Of a stretch of 64,000 nucleotides of DNA, positions 63,470 through 64,000 are shown in pieces. The translations under genes were made by a program, and so were the position numbers. The DNA is from a virus, in the IMG/VR virus record IMGVR_UViG_3300027777_000023, positions 96,001 to 160,000 of that record. One strand, given 5' to 3'. The notes under the pieces were generated by a model. That model saw only the letters and a program-made list of their open reading frames with translations. It was not told where the DNA came from and ran no database searches. Every line of letters begins with the position of its first letter. The first letter of the stretch is position 1.

Positions 63470-63880
63470 ATGCTAGACCTAACCAAATTGGCCACCTATC
63501 TAGACTCGTTTGAGAAAGGTGACCCTAACTACGACAGGGCCTGCTTCATAAAGAGTAAGTTGGCTACTGATTTACAGGATCGCGAAACCATCAACAACGG
63601 AGAAGAAGATGATCTTACTGATAATGACATCACCATGGCTACTCCGGATCAACAATCCTCGAGTAATCAGGAAGGTGAGATAATGGATGGTGTTTTCCAG
63701 GAATTAGACGCACTAAATCAAATAAAAGAAGAAAAAGAGGAAATTAAGCTGGATCCTAGACAAGAAGTCACAAGAAACCCTAATCTTAATTCTGCCTCGC
63801 CTGAAGATTTTGGCAACAACAGCCTAAACACAAAACAAGCCACATTATTTCAAATACTGCAGAAAAAACTTAATAAGTAA
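63470..63880 (+). CDS. Acidic K-x-A protein
   Basis: TKLAT, SKLAT, TKQAT. Confidence 0.7.
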   Translation: MLDLTKLATYLDSFEKGDPNYDRACFIKSKLATDLQDRETINNGEEDDLTDNDITMATPDQQSSSNQEGEIMDGVFQELDALNQIKEEKEEIKLDPRQEVTRNPNLNSASPEDFGNNSLNTKQATLFQILQKKLNK

Positions 63881-64000
63881 TGGCTACCACAACAGTAGGA
63901 CATATTCTGTTGAAGTTTTATTTGCCTCAGCAGTTTCAGCATCTGGTACATGATAAAATACTCGATAAAAAGGGTATATCTGTGTTGTTTGCTGAATTGG
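63880..64000 (+). CDS. rpoC: RNA polymerase beta-prime C-terminal fragment (start only, runs off right edge)
   Basis: MATTTVGHILLKFYLPQQFQHLVHDKILDKKGISVLFAEL aligns with bacterial beta' [34 protein letters not shown]; only 40 codons visible. Confidence 0.7.
   Translation, partial: MATTTVGHILLKFYLPQQFQHLVHDKILDKKGISVLFAEL

Overview
This window is a 64 kb piece of a large, jumbo-type tailed bacteriophage genome. It is AT-leaning, densely coded and uses the standard code (TAA, TAG and TGA all serve as stops). Phage hallmarks are a probable portal (left edge), a holin-like gene, two very long Gly-X-Thr collagen fibres, nrdA/nrdB, dCMP deaminase, PhoH, a tRNA-Arg(UCU) and several homing-type endonucleases. 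A bacterial-type multisubunit RNA polymerase is broken into four dispersed genes: beta-N, beta-middle, a beta-C/beta'-N fusion, and a beta'-C piece that runs off the right edge. A DUF1501 + DUF1549/DUF1553 pair typical of Planctomycetota/Verrucomicrobiota suggests a PVC host (inference). The most striking unexplained features are: (1) a ~470-nt promoter- and terminator-bounded structured non-coding region with RNase P RNA-like landmarks in the right order; (2) about 20 proteins carrying K-x-A motifs, five with a duplicated GFVKRA leader fused to unrelated cargos; (3) repeated terminator/poly-C/promoter cassettes bracketing single genes; (4) an HUH Rep-like gene; (5) a SET-domain gene coupled to the RNAP beta-N gene. 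All family assignments come from motif recognition by eye; no database searches were run.
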